Source of the DNA: Antedon mediterranea
Lineage: Eukaryota; Animalia; Echinodermata
Direction: 5' to 3'
Length of the DNA stretch: 64,000 nt
NCBI RefSeq assembly: GCF_964355755.1
Contig: NC_092671.1
Coordinates: forward strand, 39,690,304 to 39,754,303
Each line of letters starts with the position of its first letter. Position 1 is the stretch's first letter. Of this stretch, positions 24,401-35,671 are shown in pieces. The notes below the pieces were generated by a model that saw only the letters and a list, made by a program, of their open reading frames with translations, was not told where the DNA came from and did not search any database. The translations under genes were made by a program, and so were the position numbers.

Positions 24401-27400
24401 GACGTGAAGTGTTGCAAAACTAAGGCCGGCCATGCGCAGCCGGGACCGCGTGAAAATTGAAAAAGTTACGGGTTTTGATGCTTAAACCCAGCCTAGGACA
24501 TACTTTCGTTGATATCTTAATCTAGGCTTACACTAAAGACAAACATTAAATTTAATTGGTTTAATATTATAATTTAATTTAACTTGCACTTGTTTTTTTT
24601 AAATATCATACCTTAAAAGTGTACAAAAAAGGTGAAAAACATCGTCACGTTGTAAACATTCAAGAATTGTCAGCGCGTACCTATTTTTTCACAAACTGCA
24701 ATGACGTAATTTGTGGACCATTTGATTGGTCAGTTTTAACGATCGTAATCGTTAAATTTGAACTTGGTTCAACTTTAACGATTTAAGATTTTAACGATTT
24801 TCAACGTTAAATCGTTGAATATGTCAACTCAACGCAACTCAACGTAACTTAACGTCGACAGGAAAACAGGCTTTAAGAAACTCAAAATTCCTACCTGCAA
24901 CCTCATTTAGTTCTAAACTATCGTCCTCTTTTTCTTTCTTTCCGCCACCAAAGAAACCACCAAACCATCCTGCGTTCTTCTTCTCTTTTTCCTTCTTCTT
25001 TTTCTTTCTTCTATATTGTAACTCTGCCTGTTGTCTGCACAGTGTCAAGTTAAACACATCCAAAGCGTCCTCGTATGACTGTTAAACAAATATGATATTT
25101 CATTCCAAACAAATTAATTTGCAAGTATGTTAATGGTAAAAAAGAATTTTGGGCCTACTGGATCTGAAAACAAATTTTTTTTAGTGGAGTTTCCAGTTTT
25201 TAAAGAGTCCAGTATTGGTCAGCTGTATCTAAATCTATTTTAGGAAGTAAGTTTCAGCTTACAATATCAAATAAATCTAATCAAACATATTTTATTTAAC
25301 TTTAAATACTTAGCACACAATATTTCTTGCTTTTTAATAGTGCTTTCACAATAAGATGTAAAAGTGACCACTAAACGAGTCTTATTAGTAGTTGCATAAC
25401 TACTGTACATATAAAAAATGTTAAGCTCTGTCTGCACTATCAAACTAGTTTGACAAAAAAGTGTGATGTGCCTAAATATGGTAGTGATATGCTTAAACAT
25501 GGTAGTGACATGATGATGTCATGTCACTACCATATTTAAGCATATCACTACCATATACTGTATAAGCACATCACATTTTTTTTTTGATAGTGTAAACAGA
25601 GCTTAAGTTCATGAACTGAGGAACACACCAACCTGAAGATTAGCTAGAAGCTCCTTTGAAGGTTTAGATGTTGCTAGCTTCTTTCCATAAACTTCTTTGT
25701 ATCCCCGACAGAGATCTCGATGTTTCTTTATATGGTCCCATGACCACATCTTGTGACGTCGTCGTACGTTCTCCTCCAAAATGCTAGTTTGTGCATACTT
25801 CCACCTGTAAATGAATGCAAATTTCCAACAGGCATGACGTGTGTGGTTACTTAGGAAGTAATTGATCATTCTTATACAAGGTTTTAATGGCTGGAGTAAA
25901 TACTGTATAAGTGGTGGAGGCGATATTGAGTGATAATGGGTGTGGTAGGCATGGGGTGGTATGGATGATATTGGCAATATGGGTGATATGGAATAGAAAA
26001 AAAAATTGAATTGAAATCTTACCACAACTTAGTATGGCCATGACAAATAGCTCGAGGGCGATATTTTCTGTATGGCTCATTGCGTACCATTCTCTCAAAG
26101 GAATCCAGCAGTTGTATTAGGTTGTGATACTAAAACAAAAATCAACATTCATGCCATGTGTGTAGTAATGAGATATAAGCATAATAAACGAAACTAATTC
26201 TTCATTTGTTAACTTAAGTAAATAGTTGATAATAGGAACATATATATACTGCATAATTTAGGTCTTATACGTCAGCAAAACCATGTCGAGGGATTAAGTA
26301 AGGAAGCATATTTTAACGTCCCCTCATGTCCTTGATCATCGCAAAATGTGGCTATTGATTAAGTGTGCTTCTTACCTGTTGCTGTCTCAGTGTCAGATCA
26401 ATACTCATAACAACTAGGTTCATCCAAGCCTTTGGAGTTGAAAGGTCACTACCAGGCTTGGGGTTTATCTTTAACTGTGCTTCAGATGAGATGGGTTCAA
26501 TAACTAAATTTAGAATAAAGGGATAGACACATAATATAAAGAAGGTCTCAAAATGTAGTTTAACAGAAAATTCTATCAATACTGAATTAGAAAAAAATAC
26601 TAAATATTATTTGGGATTAACTAATAAAATATAATCATCATTGGCTTTAAATGTAAATGTTTCAATGTTTTTACCATATTGAAAATCAGGATCCACGTGG
26701 CCAGGCGAAGCAATGGAAGATTTTAGAGACATCTGAAAAAATAAATGTTTTGATTTATTTATTTTACAAAATGGCACGATTGTAATAGCTTTTTTGTATT
26801 TTATTATGTACTTTATTATCACTAAATGAATTCAAAAGATTGTTATAAATGGCCTCGGCCTACTTAATCAATTACATAAGTTCATAAGTTGGCCAACCAT
26901 GGATATAAATCTGTGTTTCTTTCTGCTCTGTTTAACATTTATTGTAATTGATTTTATTAATGGTGAAGCATGCAAAAAAAAGTAATATTTTAATTATTTT
27001 ATAGAAAAATTACAAGATTACTTACTAAACATTGATCCTTTGACATTGAGCCAAACAGACGAGTGTTGCTGTTGAGATACAAGGCTAAACAATCCAACTT
27101 CACAAGCTAAAGCAAATATAGAAAATACTATATAAAGCCCTGACAAAGGAATAGTGTTGTCTGAAAGTTTGCCATTTCTTTCTGGCTGTTTTGCTTGGCT
27201 GTTTTGCTTTAAGACTGGTCTCCATAAAATTGCTACTTGACAGAGCGTAGTGATTCTATGGAAACGCTAGAATTTATCGGGGATCTAGTACACGAGTGCT
27301 AAATATTCTTTGGTACGTGTATACGATTCATCGCCGACAAAATCGGCAAAGTTGAACATGGTTAAACTTTGCCGATTTGACTGAGATGAATCGGGGAGCC

Positions 27401-30400
27401 TTCCCAATTGCGTCGGCAACATCTGCGCGTGTAGCGATTTTAATGGAAACGCTGTAGCAACGGTGTAGCGATTTTATGGAACCCAAGCTTTAACGTTTTG
27501 ATTAAGTTTTTTTCTTATTTTATTTTCATTGAAATTTTCATTATCAGATCAAGTCTTTTTTTTCAACAATTTATTTAAAAATATTGAATTATATAATAAT
27601 ATGCTCATTTAATTTTCATGCATTTCTGTGAGGTAACCTTGTACAATGATGGTTGAGTTTTGCAGGCAAATGTTTTTATTTTAATATTAAATTTTTTTAT
27701 TTTCAAAAAAGATTTCCAAAGACAAAACAAACAAGCATCACAAAATACTAAAATAATAAAAATGGCAGTTTGTTTGCAAAATTCAAACTGAATCTCCTTC
27801 GCCAACTGATATATAATAAATAAATAATTAGCAATAGTATATTTCTTTATAGTGAATAAAATATTTATTTCACATATAAAGGTTTTAAAAACCATTTAAC
27901 TTCTTTTGTAAAATCAATCAGTTTTGCATGATGTCCTGAAGGTAAATAGATCAATAATAAAACAGTGATGAATAAATAAATTACAGAAAGAATGAAATGC
28001 AATTATCAGTGATCAATAAAATAAATTTGTCAACACATTAAAATAACAATGACTTGTCGTCCCATAAAATGTTATGATCTATCAAATATGCATAAATTTG
28101 AATAAATGAATATGTAATTTACCTTGTATACCATTTTCACCGCCTGGTCTAAAATACATGCTTTCCAGTCTTCATTTGTGGTCTAAAAACAATAAAAAAG
28201 AATTAAATAAAAATAATAGATCCTAGAGAGCAGTATGCATGGTTACTATAGGATCAATAGTGCACTCATAGATTCTCTAGTAGTACATATCCCTTTGAAT
28301 TTACCCCCAAAGATTGACCAATGAATACAATACCTCAAATGACAAATTGTGAAGAGAAACACCAGCAGAGAATGGTGCTTGTGGGTTGGTGATCGTGTCT
28401 TCATATCGTATGTGTATATTCTGCACTTCAACCTGTAGATTCTTAATAATCTGAGTGGCTAATTTTTCAGCAAATGTATCAGATTTGTTATCTGGTTCCT
28501 GTGGTTTGTTTTCTTGTTCTTTGGCTTGTTCAACTTTCTCCAAAGCTTTTTGTTTAGCATCACGTTGACTCTTCTTGTCTTTTTCGGCATCATAGCTCCC
28601 TGTAGAATAAATATATCATTTTAGTTTTAAACATTTCCCCTTGATTGTCAGCTCAAGATCTTTAGTAAATTAAATAAAATACATTGTACTAATATCACAA
28701 AACAATATAAATATCAACCTCAAGTCATCTTCACAAGATGATTATTTAAAAAAATCACCTCTCTTGAACACAACCTATGCTAATGATGATGAATTAGGTT
28801 TTACTACTATAAGAGGTGTGGCAACCACCTGCAAGGTGCCACCACCTGCATGCTTTTTTTGGTAAGAGAATTATTTCAAATTTAGGGTTAGTGCCCATAT
28901 TTACCAATCATGCTTATAATAGGAAAACTACATACCTCCTATCTGAGTGAACCCCTTAATATTTACTGACTTTACAAGTGTAATTACTAAGTATTTTAAT
29001 ACTGTATCTACCCAAATATAATATCTAACCTAGAGCTGGAAGAAATCAGTACTGAGTGATGGGAAAAATTTATTTATTTTAACATACATATATTTTTTTT
29101 TAGATGAAGGTTCTCTAGGTGAAAACTTAATAAAGTGATAAAATAAATTGGGAAATCAGCTAAACGAAAACTGTCCAACAAGAAATGCTTACATAAGGAT
29201 ACTCATCAATATGCACAGTTTAAGTGTACGATTACCACCCATGTATTCCCTAGACAATCATTTACAATCCTCATTGCATCATTTGCTGAGTTTTCTGATT
29301 GCAAATAATGATTATATTGACATCTCACCAGATGCTATGTATACAGTTTATTCAAAAAATGTAAAATTGAACAAGTTGTAAAAATCATATCATACTATGT
29401 ATTATTACTGTTTATGTAACACCTAAATAAATTCCTGCCATTTGATTGGATGGCGTTTACATGGCGTGCAATAGTACGCACTATTGAATGGTCTTTCAAT
29501 AGTATACTTTTTTTAGAGTACTAATAATGATTAAATTTGATATCTTACAAGATGGTATGTATTGTTCCAAAAATGTAAAATTGTACAATCATACTGTAAT
29601 AAAGATTTTGAGGAAAAAGATTATTATTATTATCTTAACGGCGGTTTACTTTACCTCATCAACAAGAGGAGTTTGATTTCGATAACTTAAAATTTTACAA
29701 GAACAGGCACAGACAAAATATATGCTGCTAATCATAAACATGGTGTCAGAAAAGAAGGGATCTAAGTGGTCCCTCTATAAAACAATTAACATCATCATCT
29801 AGCTCGGCAGCCCAATATGAATATAGTATTTGTTAAGGACTCTTGATTGTAAATTTTGTTTGCATAATTCAAAATGTTGATGTTGAGTTTTATTTTGGCA
29901 GTAATTACAATACAAACTGTTACAGTGGCAACCAAAGGTCAAGTTACATTCAAGAACAAATAACACAGGCTGTAGTAGGCCTATATCAATCAGGGTAATT
30001 ATTAACAAGATTTGAAGTGAAAAATGGCCTCCAGTGTTTTAATAACGTGGATAAAATAAAATTTAAAAAATTAATGACATGCTATACTGAATACAACCTT
30101 GGATTGAATTGAATTACACTGTGTGTGCTATAAAATAACTTACTGGCGACATCAATTAAAATTTAATGCCATCAATATTAAAGCATATTCTTAATCTTAG
30201 TACTGTTGCTTAAGAAGTATTTAGTTTTTATGGTGCTAAATTAATATACTATACCTTCACAATGTTATTGTTTTGTAGTAAACTTTTACCTGCAAAGGTT
30301 GCTAAATTGATGATAGAAAGTGATATTTTTTGTAGTGACAATTATGAAATTGTTCGATCTACAGTACTGTATGTTTACAAGTTCAAATGCTGTTGATGTT

Positions 30401-33400
30401 GTGTGGGTTGGGTTTTAAGGAAATAACAGCATGCACAATAACTACCTGAGGTAACTAATAATTTACCTTGTTTAGGAACAATTAGTAAATATAGCCCATC
30501 AATTTTAGCAACAACTTGTGAAGTGTATAGGTTCTTCCATGGTATTTTAAGGGTTAACTTTTCCAAGGTTCCTGCTTTGATCTGAAACGGCAGTTCCAAC
30601 TCATCCTAGAAATAAAAATAACACAAATTAAAATTGCCATAATAATTATACAAAAAATTCACCAAACAGGTCTGTCTAATAATAAGACATGCCAACAACA
30701 TGCTATGGGCTTGTGCACTATGGTACAGCATGTACTGTATGAAACTTATTTATTCTGTCTTTATAATGATTGACACTTTCAGTGCTAAAGCATTGATTTC
30801 TAAAGTAGTTCAGTAGAGAAACATTAACAATATAAAAATACAAATAATTCAAAGAGAACTATCTAATTTAATAATAATAATAATAAATAACATTTATAAA
30901 GCGCAAGAGACTTTACATTAGTACACATACATTTACAATGAGGTAACTATCTACAAAACATACAGTACATATAAATAATGGAAGGAATTCAAGGTAAAAG
31001 ATACTTAATACTATTTTAGTATTATTAATCATTTAAAATAAGGTAATTACCAATGCGCCATCTTTGATCACTAGATTCTCCAACACTGCATCTCCTGTAG
31101 TGTAAAAGAAAAACAATTTGAAATTCTCAATCAGAAAACTGAGCACAGTACTAACATTATTTATGTAACTAAAATAATATAAAGATGTTCTCCATCCTCA
31201 AATGAGTAGTAATAATTAGTACATCAGTCTTGATTTTTTTTAAATTAATTTATTCAATTTTACTTTATAAGATATTTTTTTTAAATAGTCTTTGATTTTG
31301 CTTGTTGCATGGATGTTTAGCAATATTCTAACGATGAGAAAAATTAGACAGAAAGTAATTACAATCTATTCCATGATATAATGTTTAATTAAACATGATC
31401 ACTCAATACAAGAGAGAGATAATTACATTATGAACTTATCTATGGATAATATTGTATTTCATTTCAAATGAGATTAAGTGCAATGCCCAAGAAAATTAAG
31501 AGGGTACTCAGGGGTAATTGTCTTAACATGTGAGGGAACAGGTTCATAAAGGTATTGTTCCCTTTTCTGTACACAAATGTTGATTAGAACAGGGAGGAGT
31601 GCCTCGTTTTTATTGCACTCCATGGTAGCACCTCCTACAACTTGTATCTCCTACAACTTGTAAATGCTAATGCTACTAAAACCAATCTATGTTGTGATAA
31701 AGTATCCCTGATATGATTAGAAGATTCTAATTTCAGTTTATGGCACTGGTGAGAGACTTATCAATGATAATTGGTTTGTGAATGTGTGCTGAAGTTTAAT
31801 GACTTCATTGCTTTGTAATTGTGTCTCATCGTGAAATGCACTGTACAGTACCAGAATCCTCTCTCCCTTCCCTTGTAATTATATTTTCTTATCTTTGGTG
31901 CATTCTGTTAGTTTTAATGGTTTTACCGTTCAATATACATTGTAGGGTCCTTGTAACATTTCCTCTTCTTGTGACTCATTAAAGGTTCATAATAAATACA
32001 TACAACAGGCCTACAGTACCTCCAGAAATTTGGAAGGTACAATGATTGATGCAACTTTATAATTATAAAATTATTTGCAGACCAGAAAAGGAAAGAGAGG
32101 AGTTTAAATCAAAGGAGCTATAAATTCACTATTGTTGAGTTTAAAGTAGTGGATATTAATTTTATTACAAAGTAGTGTTGTTCAAACATATACCATCTGC
32201 TGCACCATGCTATTTCAATATCAGATGCAGTACCTAGCAATATTGACTAGGAGTAAGACTGAGCTTGGATCAACAATAATTGCTAGTAGTACAGTATCTC
32301 ATTCTCATCAAGGAGTTTTAACATCGCAATGCATACACACAATGGATGAGGATGCTCAAATACGACAAATTCTCTGTGGTCATGTAATAATTATAAGAGT
32401 TTTTCCTTTTAGTAGTTTGTTGATTGATATCGGGCAATAGTGTTATTTCATTTCAAATTACAAATAAACGTAGTCTTGTAGTAGAACAAATCATGCATAC
32501 TAATCAAGTCAACAGAGAGTTTCTTTTTGATTCACAAAGTGATTATTTAATAATAAAACGGATCACTATATTGTGACTCCCATTGCTAATCTTTTGAAAG
32601 GTTTAGGAATTCTCAAAATTGTTTCTTTTTTTTCTGTACAGAAAAATTGAAAAACAATTACTCCCATGTCAAATAATTCAAACAAAAAAGTATTTAATAG
32701 GCTAAATCTTTAAATGAATACTATTGTATCAAATAGTTAATAATCAAGTTAGCTAATTTCACAAACACATACAGTAATGGAGCTTCTGCAATATTCAGAA
32801 CATAAGTTTAGTAAACCATGGAGGTACTTACGTTATACCTTCATGCTTAAAGCGAATATTAATTCGAAAACACCTCAGTATTTCGGATACATAACCAGGT
32901 ACAGTAAAGTTATTATAAGTTGATCAGATAACACTTATTTATTCACTCAACCAATTTGCAATGAATGAGGTCATGGGTCCGTCTGATATGATCATTATTA
33001 TCACACTGAATATACTATAGACGTCAGACAAAACAATCAATTTGTTCGTGCTTTACTATATAATTTAGTACTGTAGTACTATAGAACAGAATGATATAAT
33101 AATTTCTGGATGATTTCATTAAATCAAAGATTTAGACAATTTATTTGTTTTAGATTTCAGTTGGAATTTCCAATTGATTGATTGTTTTTGCCTCTTTCAT
33201 TTATTATAATTTACGTAACCTATTTAACTATTACTTTGATTTTTCATTCTGTGTTAAAAAATGGTTTAATTTGAAAGAGATAAATGTTGATTTGATTTGA
33301 GGAAACAGTTAACAGGATGCTGAAGTTATTGTTTTGCATTACTTGCGCTCTGTATATATATACATATATTTCTCCATAGTCTTCACTATCAAACTTAATG

Positions 33401-34490
33401 TGACAAAAACTAGTTTGATAGTGTAGACAGAGCTTTACACCAAAGAGCAGTTGGTTTTACTTTTAAATCTATATTAAATAACAGGATATAAATCAAGTAT
33501 AAAATACCTATATTTGTATAAATGTATAGTACTAATAAAATACTTTGACCTTTGGTCTAAAAATTATTTAAAAAACTATAATAAGGTCATTTGCATATAA
33601 TTTACAGTATATCACATTTAATTAAAGGGCATATGGTGTACATAACAGACACATAGAAGGTCAGTTACCATTTAAATATTAACTGTAAACATCAACTATC
33701 CACATCAAATTATAAAAACTATGAACAATTTCTCAATTTACTAAAATGAGATGAGTGTGCAATAAAGGTTAACAAGTTCACACTGGTTTTAATTAAAATC
33801 AGTGAATGGACGGATTTGTGAAAATCTGTTGTTGCATACAATATAATAGGATGTTTATGTTAATAGGATTAATCTGATTATTGTCTAACCTAACAACTGA
33901 TTATTGTTTTTGTAATCAAAGAAAAATTGATTTTAGCAGAATTTAGGAAAAACATTGTCATGGTTCAGTAGGTATTAATCAATGAAAGTATATGATAATT
34001 GTACACATAAAATAAACTTTAAAAAATGTTACATACAGTTCATAATTAAATTATTATTAATTTAATTCTTTATCATGAGAAATATGTCGAGCACATATAT
34101 CATAGTTAAATACCACTTGTATTGTAGGCTGGTCAACTGAGAATAAGATTCAGTTAGTGGCACAGCAGAGTAAAACCACAAAACTGGCATTCTTAAAATA
34201 GACTTAGGCCTATTAGGCCTAGAAGGATATTCCTACCTAGGCCTAGCTTGGTTTAGTATTAGAAAAACTCAGTCAGGCACTCACATGTGTGCACGTCCGT
34301 ACACAGTAGTATAATGACCTTGCTTGGAAATTTGTGTTTTGGAAAATCCACCCACTTTTAATTTCAGAAAACATCAACCGAATTACTTACCACTCCATAT
34401 ACCAAGTTTCAAGCTATTCTTGTTTAGGTTCTCAACATATGGACCTAAAAATCGATTTAGTAAATCCACAACCAGAGATTCGAAGACCAT
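458..34490 (-). CDS. VPS13A: VPS13A/C-type intermembrane lipid transfer protein (chorein family), 5' portion (~1906 aa in 41 constitutive exons; gene continues beyond position 1)
   Basis: Start [34 protein letters not shown] and ...[11 protein letters not shown]...[15 protein letters not shown]...IHIRYED are the Chorein_N signature. Exons with GT-AG sites and consistent phases: 34391-34490, 31051-31094, 30467-30605, 28334-28599, 28123-28182, 27026-27106, 26675-26732, 26376-26503, 26023-26129, 25633-25804, 24895-25078, 23087-23184, 22701-22849, 22172-22373, 21842-21900, 21328-21480, 21050-21134, 20575-20662, 20085-20199, 19663-19795, 15332-15556, 14862-15018, 13379-13464, 9061-9277, 8733-8858, 8308-8411, 7812-7982, 7219-7526, 6645-6792, 6006-6138, 5629-5735, 4952-5121, 4496-4581, 3873-4129, 3153-3275, 2616-2768, 2391-2484, 2016-2212, 1587-1715, 946-1128, 458-580. 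FFAT-like [12 protein letters not shown] at about residue 842, as in VPS13A. Probably the invertebrate pro-orthologue of VPS13A/VPS13C. Confidence 0.95.
667..818 (+). mobile_element. PIF/Harbinger-type MITE, family A
   Basis: TIR AGCTCTGTCTACACTATCAAAC; TTA/TTA TSD; internal 20-bp subrepeats TATCACTACCATATTTRRGC. Confidence 0.85.
1772..1958 (-). mobile_element. SINE 3'/core fragment
   Basis: CCAGTACCCATTTTATACACCTGGGTGGAGAGAGGCA core and TATAAAGCGC..AATGCGCT tail, resembling the conserved-domain SINEs of marine invertebrates (recognition from memory). Confidence 0.5.
3398..3561 (+). mobile_element. MITE family A
   Basis: Full TIRs, TAA/TAA TSD, three internal subrepeats. Confidence 0.85.
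3688..3855 (-). mobile_element. MITE family A (inverted relative to 3398 copy)
   Basis: Full TIRs, TTA/TTA TSD; 17 nt from the VPS13 exon at 3873. Confidence 0.85.
4313..4462. mobile_element. Palindromic MITE (different family)
   Basis: ATAATGGTTTATCGGAAAA / TATTTGCGATAAACCTTAT termini plus inner IR GGGAAGGATTTGGGAGCAAA / TTTGCTCCCAAACCCTTCCC. Confidence 0.6.
5400..5457. mobile_element. MITE family A, internally deleted
   Basis: Left TIR joined almost directly to a partial right TIR. Confidence 0.7.
5834..5957 (+). mobile_element. MITE family A, degenerate
   Basis: TTA/TTA TSD, intact right TIR, internal subrepeats. Confidence 0.75.
8577..8716 (+). mobile_element. MITE family A
   Basis: TAA/TAA TSD; 16 nt from the exon at 8733. 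Confidence 0.8.
8940..9045. repeat. ~31-bp tandem repeat (3.4 copies) containing octamer ATTTGCAT
   Basis: Unit approx. TTAATTTGCATATCATTTATACTAAAGCCTG. Confidence 0.8.
9575..13343. repeat. 40-bp satellite array, ~94 near-identical copies, inside a VPS13 intron
   Basis: Unit TCAAATGTGTTTGTGTTCCTTTCATTGTCTTGTCCTGTAT; source of the three ~1270-aa pseudo-ORFs. Confidence 0.99.
13595..14512. mobile_element. Non-autonomous element with long terminal hairpin and asymmetric inverted repeats (Helentron/HINE-like)
   Basis: ~75-bp-arm hairpin 13595-13762; IR TATATAACATCTAAATAAATTC (13765-13786) / GAATTTATTTAGGTGTTATATA (14489-14510); a partial second copy at 29411-29515. Confidence 0.6.
16110..16495. 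repeat. 24-bp minisatellite, ~16 copies
   Basis: Unit GTAAAATAGTATTTGAACGTTWRA; register repeats every 120 nt. Confidence 0.97.
16957..16986 (-). CDS. Candidate 30-nt microexon of VPS13 ([10 protein letters not shown]), phase 0-0
   Basis: Acceptor tttatattcactattgcAG, donor GTAAGA, no stop, symmetric phase; three GCATG motifs within 160 nt downstream. Confidence 0.5.
17141..17296. mobile_element. GC-rich MITE remnant (possibly hAT-derived)
   Basis: GTGGCGTAACG ... CGTTACGCAAC termini with internal GGGGC/GCCCC motifs. Confidence 0.45.
17410..17547 (-). mobile_element. MITE family A
   Basis: TTA/TTA TSD, TIRs slightly decayed. Confidence 0.8.
18558..18695 (-). CDS. Candidate alternative (cassette) exon of VPS13, 138 nt, phase 0-0
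   Basis: Acceptor tttttcatacAG, donor GTTAGT, open frame [46 protein letters not shown], in phase with flanking phase-0 junctions; GC-richer than the surrounding intron. Confidence 0.65.
19923..20066 (-). mobile_element. MITE family A
   Basis: Full TIRs; 18 nt from the exon at 20085. Confidence 0.8.
20757..20881 (-). mobile_element. MITE family A
   Basis: Both TIRs recognisable. Confidence 0.8.
22471..22655. mobile_element. MITE-like repeat (related copy at ~35985-36095)
   Basis: GGCCAATTTATACAGACGA ... TCGTCTGTGTAAATTGACC TIRs; GTAGCTTGTCCCA...CTGTGTAAATT shared with the 35985-36095 copy. Confidence 0.55.
22987..23084 (+). mobile_element. MITE family A, truncated, abutting a splice donor
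   Basis: Left part plus subrepeats runs directly into the donor of exon 23087-23184. Confidence 0.7.
23625..24155. repeat. 21-bp minisatellite, ~25 copies
   Basis: Unit CCTTGTGATCAAGGTCTGTTT; source of the HKETDLD/ITRKQTL pseudo-ORFs. Confidence 0.98.
24230..24872. mobile_element. ~640-bp non-autonomous TIR transposon (Harbinger/Kolobok-like)
   Basis: TIR AGCCTGTTTTCCTGTCRACGTT..ACGTTGAGTTGCGTTGAGTT at both ends; flanks TAA/TTA; subterminal ATCGTTAAA repeats; 22 nt from the exon at 24895. Confidence 0.8.
25424..25603. mobile_element. MITE family A, fold-back (palindromic) variant
   Basis: Internal subrepeats switch orientation at the centre (ATGGTAGTGACATGA-TGATG-TCATGTCACTACCAT). Confidence 0.8.
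27212..27489. mobile_element. Harbinger-type MITE (family B)
   Basis: AGACTGGTCTCCATAAAATTGCTAC / GTAGCGATTTTATGGAACCCAAGCT TIRs, TTA/TTA TSD; internal IR ATCGGCAAAGTT / AACTTTGCCGAT. Confidence 0.7.
29411..29515 (-). mobile_element. Fragment of the 13595-14512 element family
   Basis: Reverse complement of ~14408-14512 (ACACCTAAATAAATTCCTG.CATTTGATTGGA...GGCGTGCAATAGTACGCACTATT). Confidence 0.75.
33379..33434. mobile_element. MITE family A, internally deleted
   Basis: Partial left TIR fused to the right TIR. Confidence 0.7.
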
Positions 34491-34494
34491 CTTA

Positions 34495-34700
34495 AAACGA
34501 TCTTTAAGATTTCACTTCCACTCTCTCTAGGCCCAAAGCCAACCTCTCAGCCTCACCGTGTTGTCGCGGCGAATAGCACGAAATCCAGGGTCCAAGAATC
34601 GAAACATGGGATGCCTGGATGATTTTGTCAATAGTTGGCTAGTGGTGGCGCTGTTAATAATAAAGATTACCATTTTGTGTACTTCTACGAATTACGCCTG
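34495..34700 (-). promoter_or_regulatory. Putative VPS13 promoter/5' UTR
   Basis: Locally CpG/GC-richer stretch immediately upstream of the VPS13 ATG; includes GGTGGCGCTG (34645-34652 area). Confidence 0.4.
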
Positions 34701-34763
34701 ATATTTTCACAATATAATATCTATACAATTTACGACCACACAATTGGAAATGTTTAGTTTTTT

Positions 34764-34769
34764 TTATTC
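34764..34769 (-). terminator. Probable polyadenylation signal of TNPO3
   Basis: AATAAA on the minus strand ~900 nt after the TNPO3 stop, just before the GC-richer VPS13 5' region; another AATAAA lies near 34990. Confidence 0.45.
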
Positions 34770-35671
34770 AGGTGTTTTGACGAAAATACATCTACATATA
34801 TGCAAGACATTACATCTAAAAAATACATCTAACATAATTTTGTTCAGTGAAGATTAAGAAAAATAAGACTTATTTCTCATGGTAACAATGACTGAATGCA
34901 ACATTGGCAAAAATTGAATTATTGACATAATTAAAATTGTATTACAACATTTAAGATGAGTTCAAAACATTGGCTTGACTGTTTTTCTTTATTTATTTGA
35001 ATGATTGAATATTCAATAACAATGTTGACTTCTGTAATCAAACCTAATGTGTTAAGAATCCTAAAGTATGTACTTAAAACAGCTACATTTAATTGTATCT
35101 AGTAGCAACATAACATAATGACATTAAGTACACAACATTCTGAAGATGATGTAAAGAAATCTTACAGCAACATTTATATTAAGAAAAGCTATACAAAATG
35201 TATACAAAGACCAAGTACATTGTGGTAGGTGATTGATAAGTTAAAACAAAAGCCAGAAACAAAGATTTAAAAACAAAATCAACAAGGTTTAAAACTTAGA
35301 AACTTAAAAAATAAAATATTATTTAAAATAAGCAGTTTATTTTTCATATGAAAAATGAATGCACAATTCTGACACACACAAGCTTCATCTTAATTGTACT
35401 CCTAAATTTCAGTTATTTCCCATTATTTATCAGTCATATCAATTAAATGTTTACATCATAAACACCTTCCCATGTAAAAATTGCAAGTAGCAGAATTATT
35501 TCAGAACATTTGGTTGAACACTTTCCAGAATATAAAAATATGTTAGCAAAAGTATGTTCTATTTTTGTTAACTGCTTAATACACTGTTTACACAAAATGG
35601 TTTGGCTAACATTCATGTCACAAAGGATGAACTATGTTTATGTTGTTTAAAAACTTGATTTTTGAGTTCCG

